Shown here piece after piece: positions 21,949 to 32,948 of a stretch of DNA of 64,000 bases. Position 1 is the stretch's first letter. Each line of letters begins with the position of its first letter. The DNA is from an uncultured Enterobacteriaceae bacterium (GTDB taxonomy: Bacteria > Pseudomonadota > Gammaproteobacteria > Pseudomonadales > Pseudohongiellaceae): assembly GCA_964606735.1 (NCBI GenBank), contig CAZSHI010000007.1, positions 13,630-77,629 of the forward strand. Reading direction: 5' to 3'. The position numbers were made by a program, and so were the translations under genes. The notes beneath the pieces were generated by a model. It did no database searches. It saw only the letters and a program-made list of their open reading frames with translations, and had not been told where the DNA came from.

Positions 21949-22710
21949 ATGTCGGTTGAACTGAAAACATTGGTTACAGAAAGCGATTCTTTATTGAGCC
22001 CTAATGACTACCGGGATTACTGTCCCAATGGTCTGCAAATTGAAGGCCGGAAGCAGGTAAATAAAATAGTCAGTGGTGTCACGGCCAGTCAGGCCCTGAT
22101 TGATGCTGCCATCCAGGCAGATGCAGATCTCATATTGGTGCATCACGGTTATTTCTGGCAGGGTGAACCAGCTGAAATTCTCGGTGTAAAGAAAAAGCGC
22201 ATCAAAGCGCTGCTGGAAAATGATATCAGCTTGCTAGCATACCACTTGCCGCTGGATGCACACCCCGAGTTGGGCAACAATGCTCAGCTGGGAAAGCTGC
22301 TCGGTTTTGCCACACAGCAGGATCTGTTCCCCCGCCTCAAAAGCAAAGTCGGCGTCTGCGGCGAAAATACGGAACCCTGCGATGCTGCCGGACTGCTTGT
22401 CAGGCTGGAAAATAAATTAATGCGCAAGCCTTTTCATGTGCCGGGCAAGGCGGATCTCATTAGACGTATTGCCTGGTGTACCGGTTCGGCACAGCACTAT
22501 ATTGAACAGGCCTTTGCCGCCGGTGCCGATGCCTACCTAAGCGGTGAAGTATCTGAGCAGACGGTTCATTTTGCGCGCGAGTCTGGTATCCACTACTTTG
22601 CGGCCGGGCATCATGCTACCGAACGCTATGGAGTACAGGCGCTGGGCAGGCATCTGGCTGAAAAGTTTGCAATAGAACATCAGTTTATTGATATTGATAA
22701 TCCGGTATGA
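21949..22710 (+). CDS. Nif3-like dinuclear metal-centre protein (YbgI family).
   Basis: LILVHHG and AAGHHATE motifs. 253 aa. Confidence 0.85.
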   Translation: MSVELKTLVTESDSLLSPNDYRDYCPNGLQIEGRKQVNKIVSGVTASQALIDAAIQADADLILVHHGYFWQGEPAEILGVKKKRIKALLENDISLLAYHLPLDAHPELGNNAQLGKLLGFATQQDLFPRLKSKVGVCGENTEPCDAAGLLVRLENKLMRKPFHVPGKADLIRRIAWCTGSAQHYIEQAFAAGADAYLSGEVSEQTVHFARESGIHYFAAGHHATERYGVQALGRHLAEKFAIEHQFIDIDNPV

Positions 22711-23066
22711 GTACTTACAGCAGGCGGGTCTATTCAAGTGAAACGGGCAATATCTGCCCGCAGTGTGGAAAAGCATACAAGGCCTGTCGCTGTCAGGCTG
22801 ACTCAGCAGAGGCCCGTTTGAGCGGTGGGGGAAAAATCAAAGTATCCCGCGAGAGTAAGGGCCGTAAAGGTAGCGGCGTTACCCTGATCAGCGGATTGCC
22901 GCTTAATGATCAGGAACTGAAAAAGCTGGCCAGTTCCTTCAAGCAACTTTGTGGTTCCGGTGGCGCCGTCAAGCAGGGTGTTATTGAAATCCAGGGCGAG
23001 CACCGGGATAAACTGCTACATGAATTAACACGTCTTGGCTATCAGGCTGTTAAAGCCGGAGGCTAG
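22707..23066 (+). CDS. yciH: SUI1/YciH-family translation initiation factor-like protein.
   Basis: 119 aa. N-terminal CPQCG...CRC knuckle and a C-terminal SUI1 fold pattern (GGAVKQGVIEIQGEHRDKL). Confidence 0.85.
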   Translation: MSTYSRRVYSSETGNICPQCGKAYKACRCQADSAEARLSGGGKIKVSRESKGRKGSGVTLISGLPLNDQELKKLASSFKQLCGSGGAVKQGVIEIQGEHRDKLLHELTRLGYQAVKAGG

Positions 23067-23096
23067 GCATCATCCACTTCAGCAGGGGGCAACAGC

Positions 23097-23396
23097 ATGG
23101 CGAATAGTTCAGAGACACAAAGGGATATTGAAGCAGCCGTTTTCAGACGACTGCTTGAGCATCTGGATTCCCGCAAGGATGCCCAGAATATTGATCTGAT
23201 GAATCTGGCAGGTTTTTGTCGCAACTGTCTGTCCAAGTGGTATGTGGCGGCAGCAAGCGACCGCGGCGAAGACATTGACTATGAAGCGGCCAGAGAATTG
23301 ATTTATGGCATGCCTTATCCAGAATGGAAAGAGAAGTACCAGCTGGAAGCCAGTGAAGAACAAAAGCGCCAGTTCGAAAAAAACAAACCGAAATAA
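23097..23396 (+). CDS. DUF1244-family small protein.
   Basis: NIDLMNLAGFCRNCLSKWY is the segment I associate with DUF1244. Not verified by search. Confidence 0.7.
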   Translation: MANSSETQRDIEAAVFRRLLEHLDSRKDAQNIDLMNLAGFCRNCLSKWYVAAASDRGEDIDYEAARELIYGMPYPEWKEKYQLEASEEQKRQFEKNKPK

Positions 23397-23541
23397 ACCG
23401 GGAAGTTTGAATAGTAAAGTGCCTAAATAGCCTGTTCTATTGATTATTGGGGCCCAGTAGTTTAGTTTTGCCCGACTTGAATTAAGCTCTTTGTCCATAC
23501 TGGCAGTGTAAAAAACAACGAAAAACATCAGGGGAATCCAA

Positions 23542-25620
23542 ATGCAATTATCAGGAGCCAAAGTCTCTTCATTAGGCCTGGCCATTGGTCTGCTCTGTAC
23601 CAGCCTTCAGGTAAGTGCGCAAACCAACACCATTGAATCCATTATTGTCACGGCTGACCGGGATGAGAATCCCCTGCGTGAAATTCCAGCGAGTGTCTAT
23701 TCGCTGGATTCTGAATTACTGGATGAAGTGGTACCGGTACATATTGAGGAAGTACTACGCGCTGTGCCGGGTATAGTTTTCAACCGTGGTAATGGCCAGG
23801 AAACCCTGTTGGGTATTCGCTCGCCAGTACTGACGGGTGCAGGTAGCTGTGGTGCCTTTCAGACTGCCCAGGATGGCATTCCCCTGCGTGGTGCCGGTTT
23901 CTGTAATGTGAACCAACTGTTTGAATCGAATTTTGCCCAGGCCTCGGCCATAGAGGTCATTCGCGGTCCGGGCAGTATTTTATATGGCGTAAATGCTCTG
24001 CACGGCGCCATCAACATCATCAGCCCGACACTGGGAGAGCCTGGTGGTGATGTCTCTATTGATCTGGGACCTCATGATTATGCCCGCTTTAACTTTGGCT
24101 ATAACGCCAATCAGGGACAGCATGATTACGGCATCTTTTTTAATGGTGATAAGGATGGTGGTTACAAGGATGAATCCGGCTTTGGCCAACAGAAACTCAA
24201 TCTCTCGCATCGTTACCAGGGTGATGTCACCGTCACCACGGTATTTGCTACCACCAACCTGAACCAGGAAACGGCTGGTTATGTCACAGGAACCGATGCC
24301 TATAAAGATGAAAGCCTGAAAAAAACTAATGGTGATCCCAATGCTTTCCGTGATGCCAGCAGCGTGCGTTTGCACAGCCGTATTGAAGGCCAGACTGACA
24401 GCGGAGCCAACTGGATCCTGACACCTTATTTCAGGGATACTGACATGACCTTCCTCATGCACTTTTTACCGGGCACACCGCTGGAAGAAAATGGCCATAC
24501 TTCAATAGGCCTGCAAAGTTCATACAGCACTGCCTTGACCAGCGACATGCTGGGCACGGCAGGTGTGGACCTTGAATTCAGTAACGGTTACCTGAAGCAG
24601 AGTCAGGAAGGCGGATTTGGCTCTTTTCCGGCAGGGCAGCAATACGATTTTGAAGTGGATGCCCAGCTCATATCCCCCTATGCACAGATCAAGTTTCAGC
24701 CCAGTGAGAGCAACCAGTTAAACCTTGGGCTGCGTTTCGAATTTCTCGATTATGACTATGATAACCGGATGATCGATGGCAATACGGCAGCCGATGGCAG
24801 TTCTTGTGCCGCTTCTGCCTTTAACCCGGCAGGGACTTGCCGCTACAGTCGTCCGGCTGATCGCAGTGACGACTTCCAGAATGCATCCATTCAGGCCGGT
24901 TGGATACACAATTTTGATGAACTGCAACAGCTTTATGTCAATATCGGCCATGCCTTCCGGGCGCCACAGGCCACCGAATTGTACCGCCTGCAAGTTGACC
25001 AGACGGTCGCTGACCTGGATTCCGAAGAAATTGACAATATCGAAGTTGGCTACCGCGCTACCCGTGACAATGTTTCCTACACCGTTGCGGCTTACTGGAT
25101 GCAGAAAGACAATGTGATTTTTCAGGACAGTGCCCGTAACAATGTCAGTGGCGGTGAGACCGAGCACAAAGGCATCGAACTGAACTCACAGATTGCCCTG
25201 AGTGATTCATTTGATCTCAGTATTGTGGGCAGTTATGCGAAACATACCTATGAAGGCAATATTGCCCCGCTGGGTGTTACGGTTTCCATTGATGGCAATG
25301 ACATGGATACAGCGCCCGAATTGACCGGTAATGTACGCTTGAGCTGGCAAATCAATGCAGATAACCGGGCTTCGCTGGAATGGGTTCACATGGATGATTA
25401 TTACACCAATGAAACCAACACCAACCGTTATGAAGGACATGATCTGGTGAATCTGCGTTATCAATACACGACACCTGACAGCTGGTATTTTTCTGCCAGA
25501 ATTACCAACCTGTTCGACACGGATTATGCTGAACGGGCTGATTACAGTACCTTTGGTGGAGACCGCTATTTCATTGGTGAACCAGCCTCACTGTATCTGA
25601 CGCTGGGCATGCAGTTCTAG
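23542..25620 (+). CDS. TonB-dependent outer-membrane receptor, substrate unknown.
   Basis: Signal peptide. TonB-box-like ESIIVTADR. Plug and 22-strand barrel length (692 aa). C-terminal ...LTLGMQF. Confidence 0.9.
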   Translation: MQLSGAKVSSLGLAIGLLCTSLQVSAQTNTIESIIVTADRDENPLREIPASVYSLDSELLDEVVPVHIEEVLRAVPGIVFNRGNGQETLLGIRSPVLTGAGSCGAFQTAQDGIPLRGAGFCNVNQLFESNFAQASAIEVIRGPGSILYGVNALHGAINIISPTLGEPGGDVSIDLGPHDYARFNFGYNANQGQHDYGIFFNGDKDGGYKDESGFGQQKLNLSHRYQGDVTVTTVFATTNLNQETAGYVTGTDAYKDESLKKTNGDPNAFRDASSVRLHSRIEGQTDSGANWILTPYFRDTDMTFLMHFLPGTPLEENGHTSIGLQSSYSTALTSDMLGTAGVDLEFSNGYLKQSQEGGFGSFPAGQQYDFEVDAQLISPYAQIKFQPSESNQLNLGLRFEFLDYDYDNRMIDGNTAADGSSCAASAFNPAGTCRYSRPADRSDDFQNASIQAGWIHNFDELQQLYVNIGHAFRAPQATELYRLQVDQTVADLDSEEIDNIEVGYRATRDNVSYTVAAYWMQKDNVIFQDSARNNVSGGETEHKGIELNSQIALSDSFDLSIVGSYAKHTYEGNIAPLGVTVSIDGNDMDTAPELTGNVRLSWQINADNRASLEWVHMDDYYTNETNTNRYEGHDLVNLRYQYTTPDSWYFSARITNLFDTDYAERADYSTFGGDRYFIGEPASLYLTLGMQF

Positions 25621-25642
25621 AAGCCGTCTATTCAGGCATGAT

Positions 25643-25671
25643 AAAAAGAGGGCCATAGGCCCTCTTTTTTT
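25643..25671 (+). terminator. Rho-independent terminator after the TonB-dependent receptor.
   Basis: AAAAAGAGGGCC-ata-GGCCCTCTTTTTTT. Confidence 0.8.
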
Positions 25672-25683
25672 GGGAACTTTTGC

Positions 25684-26547
25684 ATGTACCAGGTCATTGC
25701 CAATGCCATCAGCCAGCATCTGGAACAGCCCTTAAGCATTATTGATGCTCAGTCGCTTGCCGGTGGCAGCATCAACCAGGTGATGCTCATTACGCTGGAC
25801 AATCAGCAGCAGTATTTGCTGAAAACCCAGTCGGGCAGGGTGGCAGCAAATACTTACCGGATCGAGTTTAACAGTCTGTCCCTGCTGTCGGCCGCTAAAG
25901 CCCTGCGGGTTCCTCAGGGACTTGTTTATGGAGAGGACTTTCTGGTGATGGAATATATTCAGCCCGGTGACAGAGCAGCAGACTGGGAAGAAACCCTTGG
26001 CCGGCAGCTGGCGATGCTGCACCTTAATACCCGAGGTGATGATTTTGGCTTTGCTTGTGACAACTATCTCGGAACTACTGTCCAGATGAATGACTGGCAG
26101 TCCTCCTGGCTGGATTTCTGGCGTGAACAACGACTGGGTAAGCAATTGCAGCTCTATGCAGAACGGGCAGGCAAGAATGCCCTGACAGTGAAGGGCGATC
26201 GATTGATGCAGACCCTGGATAATTTGCTGGCAACAGTGCAGGAACCGGCCGTGCTCCTGCATGGGGATCTGTGGTCCGGTAATGCCATGGCTGATCAGAA
26301 GGGTCAGCCGGTGATATTCGACCCCGCTGCTTACTACGGGCACCGGGAAGCCGAGTTTGGCATGATGCGTCTGTTCGGGGGCTTCGGTCCGCGTTGTGAG
26401 GCGGCGTATCAGGAAATCTGGCCATTTGAGGCAGGCTATGAAGCGCGTTTTCGGCTTTACCAGTTATACCATGAGCTCAATCATCTGAATCTGTTTGGCC
26501 ACAGTTACTATGCTGCCTGCATGGCTTCCATGGATGCCTTGCTCTAG
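25684..26547 (+). CDS. Fructosamine/ketosamine-3-kinase family protein (YniA-like).
   Basis: 287 aa. HGDLWSGN catalytic-loop motif and overall family pattern. Confidence 0.85.
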   Translation: MYQVIANAISQHLEQPLSIIDAQSLAGGSINQVMLITLDNQQQYLLKTQSGRVAANTYRIEFNSLSLLSAAKALRVPQGLVYGEDFLVMEYIQPGDRAADWEETLGRQLAMLHLNTRGDDFGFACDNYLGTTVQMNDWQSSWLDFWREQRLGKQLQLYAERAGKNALTVKGDRLMQTLDNLLATVQEPAVLLHGDLWSGNAMADQKGQPVIFDPAAYYGHREAEFGMMRLFGGFGPRCEAAYQEIWPFEAGYEARFRLYQLYHELNHLNLFGHSYYAACMASMDALL

Positions 26548-28445
26548 ATAATGGCTTGCTCTTTCAAGAGATTGATCAGACGCTCAATACATTCATCGAC
26601 ATCCAGTTCGTGGGTTGGCAGCATCAGGTGCGGTTTGTCCCAGTCTTCGTAAGGGAAGGAAACACCTGGTACCGTACCGCTTTCGAGATTGGCCTCGGCA
26701 GCATAAAGCCCACTCGGGTCGCGCTGTTTGCAGACTTCCAGCGGTGGATTGAGATAGACGATGATGCAGTTCTCTTCACCAATGACGTTGATGGTATGTT
26801 CGCGTGAATCTTTGTTGGGTGCGACGAAGGCAGCACAGCAGATAAAGCCGGCATCATTCAGGTATTTGGCGATATAGGCACTGCGGCGCAGGTTTTCGGC
26901 TCGGCCTGCAGCATCATGGGCAAGATCCTTGCTGATTCCCAGGCGCATGGCTTTGCCATCCAGAATGGTGCTGACACGCCCCATATCAAACAGCCGTCTT
27001 TCCAATGCATGGGCCAGGGTTGATTTGCCAGATCCGGACAGTCCGACAAACATGATGGTTACTGGCTTCTGACCGTAACGGGCGGCCCTTTCTTCGCGGG
27101 TGACATGGGCTGTTGAATTGGCGCTGAGCCGGCGGGTTTTCTGTTTGCCCACATCGATCATGCCGGCTCCGACCGTGACATTGCTTAAACGGTCGATGAT
27201 GATAAAGGAGCCGGTACTCGGGTTTTTTTTGTAGTCATCAAAGTGGATAGGCTGGGCAAAATCCAGTTCGCAAAAGCCTATTTCATTAAGTTCCAGACTC
27301 GGACTGGGGCTGGTTTGCAGAGTGTTCACATCCAGTTTGTACTGGATATTGCTGATATTTCCGCTGAATATTTTGCTGGCCTGTTTGAAATCATACTGTT
27401 TGCCGGGCAGCAGGGGACTTTCATTCATCCACACGATGGTTGCCGACACTTTGTCGCTGGAAACCGGTAGGTTATCCGAATGCACGATCATGTCACCACG
27501 GCTGATATCGATTTCATCTTCCAGCGTCAGGGTAATCGCCATGGGCGTAAATGCCTGCTCCAGCTCTTCATCATAGGTAACGATGGATTTGATGCGACTC
27601 TTCTTGCCGGATGGCAGGGCAACTATCTCGTCTCCCTTGCGCACAATGCCTGAGGCGACGGTACCGCAAAAACCGCGGAAATCGAGATTCGGCCGGTTGA
27701 CGTACTGCACCGGAAAGCGGAAATCAACAAAATTCCGGTCAGCTGAAATTTTCACGTTTTCCAGCATCCACATGAGGGTTTCGCCTTCATACCAGGGTGT
27801 CTGTTCACTGGTATTCACCACGTTGTCGCCTTTGAGGGCGGAGATCGGGATGAAGTAAAGTTCGCCGGTATCCAGTTCTCGGGTGAAATCAATGTAATCC
27901 TGCTTGATCTGTTTGAACACCGCTTCATCGAAGTCCATTAAATCCATCTTGTTGACGGCTACGATGATGTGTTTGATGCCCAGCAAGGATGCGATGAAGG
28001 TGTGTCGTTTGGTCTGTGTCTGCACGCCATAACGGGCATCGATCAGAATAATGGCCAGTTCGCAGTTGGAAGCCCCGGTGGCCATATTGCGAGTGTACTG
28101 TTCGTGCCCGGGTGTGTCAGCAATGATGAATTTGCGCTTGGCGGTAGAGAAATACCGATAGGCCACATCAATGGTGATGCCCTGTTCCCTTTCTGCCTGT
28201 AGGCCATCTACGAGCAGGGCAAGGTCAAAATTTTCGGACGTGGTCCCCGACTTGATGCTGTCCGACTTAATGGCTTCAAGCTGGTCCTCATAAATCATTT
28301 TGGAATCATGCAGCAGACGGCCGATCAGTGTACTCTTGCCATCGTCCACACTGCCGCAGGTCAGCAGGTGGAGTAATTCCTTGCGTTCGTGCTGTGCCAG
28401 GTAGGCATCAATGTCGGTACTGATGAGATCGGACTGGTGAGACAT
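26544..28445 (-). CDS. cysNC: Bifunctional sulfate adenylyltransferase subunit 1 / APS kinase (CysN-CysC fusion).
   Basis: N-terminal GTPase ([18 protein letters not shown]). C-terminal APS kinase P-loop GLSGSGKST. Confidence 0.95.
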   Translation of the reverse strand: MSHQSDLISTDIDAYLAQHERKELLHLLTCGSVDDGKSTLIGRLLHDSKMIYEDQLEAIKSDSIKSGTTSENFDLALLVDGLQAEREQGITIDVAYRYFSTAKRKFIIADTPGHEQYTRNMATGASNCELAIILIDARYGVQTQTKRHTFIASLLGIKHIIVAVNKMDLMDFDEAVFKQIKQDYIDFTRELDTGELYFIPISALKGDNVVNTSEQTPWYEGETLMWMLENVKISADRNFVDFRFPVQYVNRPNLDFRGFCGTVASGIVRKGDEIVALPSGKKSRIKSIVTYDEELEQAFTPMAITLTLEDEIDISRGDMIVHSDNLPVSSDKVSATIVWMNESPLLPGKQYDFKQASKIFSGNISNIQYKLDVNTLQTSPSPSLELNEIGFCELDFAQPIHFDDYKKNPSTGSFIIIDRLSNVTVGAGMIDVGKQKTRRLSANSTAHVTREERAARYGQKPVTIMFVGLSGSGKSTLAHALERRLFDMGRVSTILDGKAMRLGISKDLAHDAAGRAENLRRSAYIAKYLNDAGFICCAAFVAPNKDSREHTINVIGEENCIIVYLNPPLEVCKQRDPSGLYAAEANLESGTVPGVSFPYEDWDKPHLMLPTHELDVDECIERLINLLKEQAII

Positions 28446-28447
28446 GA

Positions 28448-29356
28448 CTAGAAGTATCCCTCACGCTTTTTCTTTTCCATGGAGCCGGACTGATCGCTGT
28501 CGATTAGACGACCCTGACGTTCAGATGTCGTCGTTAGCAGCATTTCCTGAATAATTTCCGGCAGGGTTTTGGCTTCTGACTGCACGGCCCCGGTCAGGGG
28601 ATAGCAACCCAGAGTACGAAAGCGTACGGTTTTCATGGTGATCTGGCTTTTCAGTTCTTCCGGAATGCGTTCATCATTGGCCATAATCTCAACGCCTTCA
28701 TAATTCACCACGGGTCGTTCTTCGGCAAAATACAGAGAAGGAATGTCGATTTTGTTGAGATGGATGTACTGCCATACATCCAGTTCGGTCCAATTGGAAA
28801 GGGGAAATACCCGTATGCTTTCGCCCTTGTTGATCTTGCCGTTGTAGAGGTTCCACAGCTCCGGGCGCTGGTTTTTCGGATCCCAGCGGTGATTCTTATC
28901 GCGGAAGGAATACACCCTTTCCTTGGCCCGCGATTTTTCCTCGTCACGTCTGGCTCCACCGAAGGCCGCATCAAATTTGTACTTGTTAAGGGCCTGTTTC
29001 AGGGACTGTGTTTTCATGATGTCGGTATGTTTCTGGCTACCGTGGGTGAAAGGGCCGACGCCGGCATCCAGGCCTTCCTGATTGATATGAACCAACAAAT
29101 CCAGACCGAGTTTTTGAGCCTGCTGGTCACGAAACTCGATCATTTCCTTGAATTTCCAGGTGGTATCAACATGCAGGAGCGGAAAGGGCAGCTTACCTGG
29201 ATAAAAGGCCTTGAGTGCCAGATGCAGCATGACGGCAGAATCCTTGCCGATGGAGTAGAGCATCACTGGCTTGTCAAACTCAGCGGCCACTTCACGGATA
29301 ATATGGGTGCTCTCGGCTTCCAGCTGCTTGAGGTGAGTCAGGCGGTGTTCAGTCAT
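28448..29356 (-). CDS. cysD: Sulfate adenylyltransferase subunit 2.
   Basis: 302 aa. SIGKDS PP-loop motif. Directly upstream of cysNC. Confidence 0.96.
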   Translation of the reverse strand: MTEHRLTHLKQLEAESTHIIREVAAEFDKPVMLYSIGKDSAVMLHLALKAFYPGKLPFPLLHVDTTWKFKEMIEFRDQQAQKLGLDLLVHINQEGLDAGVGPFTHGSQKHTDIMKTQSLKQALNKYKFDAAFGGARRDEEKSRAKERVYSFRDKNHRWDPKNQRPELWNLYNGKINKGESIRVFPLSNWTELDVWQYIHLNKIDIPSLYFAEERPVVNYEGVEIMANDERIPEELKSQITMKTVRFRTLGCYPLTGAVQSEAKTLPEIIQEMLLTTTSERQGRLIDSDQSGSMEKKKREGYF

Positions 29357-29429
29357 TGCTTACAATTTTGATGTTACAAAGAGGGCGCGATTATAAAGGA
29401 AGTCCGTGCCAAACCCAAGAAAAGGCTGC

Positions 29430-29888
29430 TTAATGGGCCTGTCCGGAACTCTTCTTTTCCAGGCCGTAATCCGCTGCCAGTCCGCCTTTCTGGTCTGGGC
29501 TGCTTTTGGTAGCATAATCACGGGGAGGAAACAGATCGTCCATCTGCTTGTTTAGCTCAGCTTCGGGGGCACTGCCCAGCAGGTCAGAACGTTGCTTTGT
29601 CAGTGCCAGCTGGCTGGTGATTTCTTCCGGGCACAGGATATCGGCATCACGGGCCAGTCGTTCATAGAGGTCTTTATAGCTCTGGGTCAGGGTATTGACC
29701 AGTTGGGCCGTATTTTCAAAATGCGAGTATACGCTCTGACGGTAGTCCTGATGGGTTTCCTGCAGAGTTTCAAGTTCATCGGTAATTTTCTGTATTTTGG
29801 CTGAATCAGATAAAAACTGCTTGTAAAGCAATGCTCCGGCAACAACGCCGACAACAAAACACAAGATACCAACCAGCCAAATGAGCAT
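29430..29888 (-). CDS. zapG: YhcB/ZapG-family inner-membrane protein (DUF1043).
   Basis: N-terminal TM helix plus coiled coil. SHFENTAQLVNTLTQSYKDLY and PRDY match the E. coli YhcB pattern. Divergent from zapE, as in E. coli. Confidence 0.8.
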   Translation of the reverse strand: MLIWLVGILCFVVGVVAGALLYKQFLSDSAKIQKITDELETLQETHQDYRQSVYSHFENTAQLVNTLTQSYKDLYERLARDADILCPEEITSQLALTKQRSDLLGSAPEAELNKQMDDLFPPRDYATKSSPDQKGGLAADYGLEKKSSGQAH

Positions 29889-29991
29889 AATGACCCTTAA
29901 AATGATTCCATCAGGATTACCAAAACTATAGCGATTATACCTATAATTGGATCTTTAATCTTCACTTGAGCGATAGTTAGCAGCCTTTTCC

Positions 29992-31122
29992 TTGCGGGAA
30001 CGACGAGACGTTTTGAGCACATCATTAAGCCCCCTAGAACGATACCGGCATGATATAAACCAGAAGCTGCTGAGTCCCGACCCGGCACAGGCAGCTGCTG
30101 TTGAAGCCTTGCAGGAAGTTTTTATCACCCTGAGCCAGCGTCGCCGTGCCGCGAACAAAAAGCTACCGCTGCTCGGCTCGCTCTTCACCGGCAAAAGACC
30201 TGCCCTGCAGGGCCTTTATTTATGGGGTGGAGTCGGTCGCGGCAAGACCTATCTTATGGATCTGTTTTATCAGTGCCTGCCAGAGCAGCGTAAAATGCGC
30301 CGGCATTTCCACCGCTTCATGCTGATGGTGCACAGGCAGTTGAATGCTCACAGAAATCAGAAGAATCCCTTGCAAAAGGTGGCTCAGGCGATTGCCCGGG
30401 ATATAGACGTGATCTGTTTTGACGAGTTTTCAGTCAATGACATTGGTGATGCCATGATACTGGCTGGCATACTGGAATCCCTGTTTTCTGAAGGTGTAAC
30501 CTTGATTGCGACCTCCAATATCGAGCCAGCCCGCCTCTATGAAAATGGATTGCAGCGGGCGAATTTTCTGCCTGCTATAGCCCTGCTTGAGCAGCATACC
30601 CGTATCCTGAGGGTTGATGGTGGTATTGACTATCGCCTGCGCAGTCTGGAACAGGCAGAAATTTACCACAGTCCTTTGGGGCTTGATGCTGAGCGCTTGT
30701 TGCGGGAAAGTTTTGAGCACTTGAGTGCGGGGCTGGAAACGGTCAGTGGAGGAAATATTGAAATTCAGGGTAGGCAGATCCCCATCCGGCAGCGAGCTGA
30801 AGATCTGGTCTGGTTTGACTTTCCAGCTATTTGTGAGGGGCCCAGAAGTACAGCCGATTACATTGAAATTGCCCAGCTCTTCCATACGGTCATGATCAGC
30901 AATGTGCCGGTAATGGATGGCTACAGTGATGATAAGGCCCGTCGATTCATCAATCTGGTGGATGAATTTTACGACCACAAGGTCAAGCTCATTGTTTCAG
31001 CAGCTGATACGCTGGAGCGGCTCTATCAGGGTAATGAGCTGGCTTTTGTCTTTGAGCGAACACGCAGCCGCCTGCTGGAAATGCAATCCCACGATTACCT
31101 GGCACTGGAACACATGCCATAG
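29992..31122 (+). CDS. zapE: Cell-division ATPase ZapE (AFG1/YhcM family).
   Basis: Walker A GGVGRGKT and Walker B ICFDEF. Start is uncertain: TTG at 29992 or TTG at 30013, with no in-frame ATG nearby. Confidence 0.88.
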   Translation: MRERRDVLSTSLSPLERYRHDINQKLLSPDPAQAAAVEALQEVFITLSQRRRAANKKLPLLGSLFTGKRPALQGLYLWGGVGRGKTYLMDLFYQCLPEQRKMRRHFHRFMLMVHRQLNAHRNQKNPLQKVAQAIARDIDVICFDEFSVNDIGDAMILAGILESLFSEGVTLIATSNIEPARLYENGLQRANFLPAIALLEQHTRILRVDGGIDYRLRSLEQAEIYHSPLGLDAERLLRESFEHLSAGLETVSGGNIEIQGRQIPIRQRAEDLVWFDFPAICEGPRSTADYIEIAQLFHTVMISNVPVMDGYSDDKARRFINLVDEFYDHKVKLIVSAADTLERLYQGNELAFVFERTRSRLLEMQSHDYLALEHMP

Positions 31123-31195
31123 CTGCTTAATTTCTGGGCTCTTGGCATGCAGATTTCAGATTTCTATTTTATGCATGAAAAACCCTGCAGAACCC

Positions 31196-31224
31196 TTGAA
31201 TATCCGGCCTTGCATCTGTAGAAT
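31196..31224 (+). promoter_or_regulatory. Sigma-70 promoter of the rplM-rpsI operon.
   Basis: TTGAAT, 17-nt spacer, TAGAAT. About 70 nt upstream of the rplM ATG. A small hairpin (TTGCCG-n8-CGGCAA, 31244-31263) lies in the leader. Confidence 0.55.
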
Positions 31225-31295
31225 TCGCGCTCCCTTAATGGCTTTGCCGTGAAATGTCGGCAAGTCTGTGTTCGGAGCGTGTTGAGACTAGCTAG

Positions 31296-31727
31296 ATGAA
31301 GACTTTTTCAGCTAAAAAAGAAACTGCAGAAAATAACTGGGTATTGATTGATGCCGAGGGCCAGACCCTGGGCCGCATGTCTGCCGAAATTGCGCATCGT
31401 CTGCGCGGCAAACATAAAGCGGAATACACGGCACATGTTGATACGGGTGACTACGTGGTCGTGGTGAATGCCGAGAAAGTCAAAGTGACCGGCAACAAAG
31501 CAAGCGACAAGTTATACCAGCGTCACTCCGGCTTCCCCGGTGGCCTGAAAACACGCACCTTTAATGAAATGATTGCCAAGAGCCCAGAAGAGGTCATTCG
31601 TCGTGCCGTTAAAGGCATGATGCCGAATACGCCTTTAGGCCGCGCAATGTTTCGCAAGCTCAAGGTTTATGCAGGTGGCGAGCATCCTCACGGTGCCCAG
31701 CAACCCTCGCAGCTCAATTTACAATAG
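31296..31727 (+). CDS. rplM: 50S ribosomal protein L13.
   Basis: 143 aa, canonical L13 sequence ([27 protein letters not shown]...). Confidence 0.97.
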   Translation: MKTFSAKKETAENNWVLIDAEGQTLGRMSAEIAHRLRGKHKAEYTAHVDTGDYVVVVNAEKVKVTGNKASDKLYQRHSGFPGGLKTRTFNEMIAKSPEEVIRRAVKGMMPNTPLGRAMFRKLKVYAGGEHPHGAQQPSQLNLQ

Positions 31728-31752
31728 CATTCATATTTAGGTTCATTAGGGC

Positions 31753-32145
31753 ATGGCTGATACACAATACTACGGTACCGGACGACGCAAGACTTCCACT
31801 GCACGTGTATTTTTGACACCGGGTAGCGGCAATATTTCCGTCAATAAAAGGACGCTGGATGGCTATTTCGGCCGTGAAGTTGCCCGCATGATCGTTCGGC
31901 AGCCTCTGGAACTGCTGGAAATTGGCGATAAATTTGATGTCACTGTGACGGTCAGTGGCGGTGGCAGTTTTGCCCAGGCAGGTGCCATTCGTCATGGTTT
32001 GACAAGAGCACTCATCAATTATGATGAGAGCAACAGAAGTCCGCTGCGATGTGCCGGTTTCGTGACTCGCGATTCCCGTGAGGTCGAGCGTAAGAAAGTC
32101 GGTCTGCGTAAAGCGCGTAAAAAACCACAGTTCTCAAAACGTTAA
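31753..32145 (+). CDS. rpsI: 30S ribosomal protein S9.
   Basis: 130 aa, ending ...[12 protein letters not shown]. Confidence 0.97.
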   Translation: MADTQYYGTGRRKTSTARVFLTPGSGNISVNKRTLDGYFGREVARMIVRQPLELLEIGDKFDVTVTVSGGGSFAQAGAIRHGLTRALINYDESNRSPLRCAGFVTRDSREVERKKVGLRKARKKPQFSKR

Positions 32146-32166
32146 TCTGTTTGGCTTATTGGCAAT

Positions 32167-32199
32167 AGCGCCGGAACTTGACGGTTTTGGCGCTTTTTT
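32167..32199 (+). terminator. Rho-independent terminator after rpsI.
   Basis: AGCGCCGGAAC...GTTTTGGCGCT hairpin followed by a T6 run. Confidence 0.7.
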
Positions 32200-32348
32200 A
32201 TGGGTAAAAATAGCGTAATGGCCCTATAAACGGGCTTCTTCGCCTTGAAAAAAAAGCCTGTTTTTAGTAGCATTCGCGCAACTTGCAGGTCCGTCGTCAA
32301 GGCGTCGTTCCTTACCCAATCAGGCGTTTCCAGAAGGAGAGTTTCATT

Positions 32349-32948
32349 GTGAGTGGCGGTTCTATTAATACTGGTCGCAGACGCTTTTTAATCGGCAGTA
32401 CCTCTGTAGTTGGCGCAGCCGGCGCCGTCGGTGCAGCAGTCCCCTTCGTAGGTTCCTGGAATCCAAGTGCCAGAGCACTGGCAGCAGGAGCTCCCATTAC
32501 CGTAGATATCAGTCGCCTCGAACCAGGCGAGTTGCTTGGCCCCATCCCGGCCTGGCGTGGTCAGCCCATCTTTGTCCTGCGCAGGGATGAGGAGACGCTG
32601 AGCAATCTGGAGAGCTTCACAGATCATCTCTCTGATCCTGACTCTGAAAGTGATCAGCAGCCAGAGTATGCCCAGAATGCATTCCGCTCCATTCGTCCGG
32701 AAGTGGGTATCTATGTTGGTCTTTGTACCCACCTTGGCTGTTCTCCAAGAATCAATACTGAAGTCACTCCGCAGGAATATGATCCGGACTGGAAAGGCGG
32801 TTTCTTCTGCCCCTGTCACGGTTCCATGTTCGATCTGGCCGGGCGAGTCTATAGTGGAGTCCCGGCTCCCGATAATCTGGTGGTGCCTCCGCATACCTAT
32901 GAGACAGACAATGTGGTGGTGATTGGTGTTGACGGGGAGAATTCGTAG
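32349..32948 (+). CDS. petA: Ubiquinol-cytochrome c reductase Rieske iron-sulfur subunit.
   Basis: Tat motif GRRRFLIG. Rieske boxes CTHLGC and CPCHGS. Start set to the GTG at 32349, behind AGGAGA (32335-32340). Confidence 0.93.
   Translation: MSGGSINTGRRRFLIGSTSVVGAAGAVGAAVPFVGSWNPSARALAAGAPITVDISRLEPGELLGPIPAWRGQPIFVLRRDEETLSNLESFTDHLSDPDSESDQQPEYAQNAFRSIRPEVGIYVGLCTHLGCSPRINTEVTPQEYDPDWKGGFFCPCHGSMFDLAGRVYSGVPAPDNLVVPPHTYETDNVVVIGVDGENS

Noticed and set aside
23435-23450. TTCTATTGATTATTGG upstream of the TonB-dependent receptor, considered as a Fur box.
   Set aside because: It matches only part of one half of the GATAATGATAATCATTATC consensus and has no dyad symmetry. That is insufficient to call iron regulation.
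25732-26343. 203-aa ORF antisense to the fructosamine-kinase-like gene.
   Set aside because: It is a shadow ORF. The sense strand carries a full-length, motif-bearing protein, and the antisense product has no features.
26544-28445. CysN-CysC fusion, considered as an unusual gene fusion.
   Set aside because: Fused CysNC/NodQ-type proteins are widespread in proteobacteria, including pseudomonads. Both P-loops are intact. This is ordinary.
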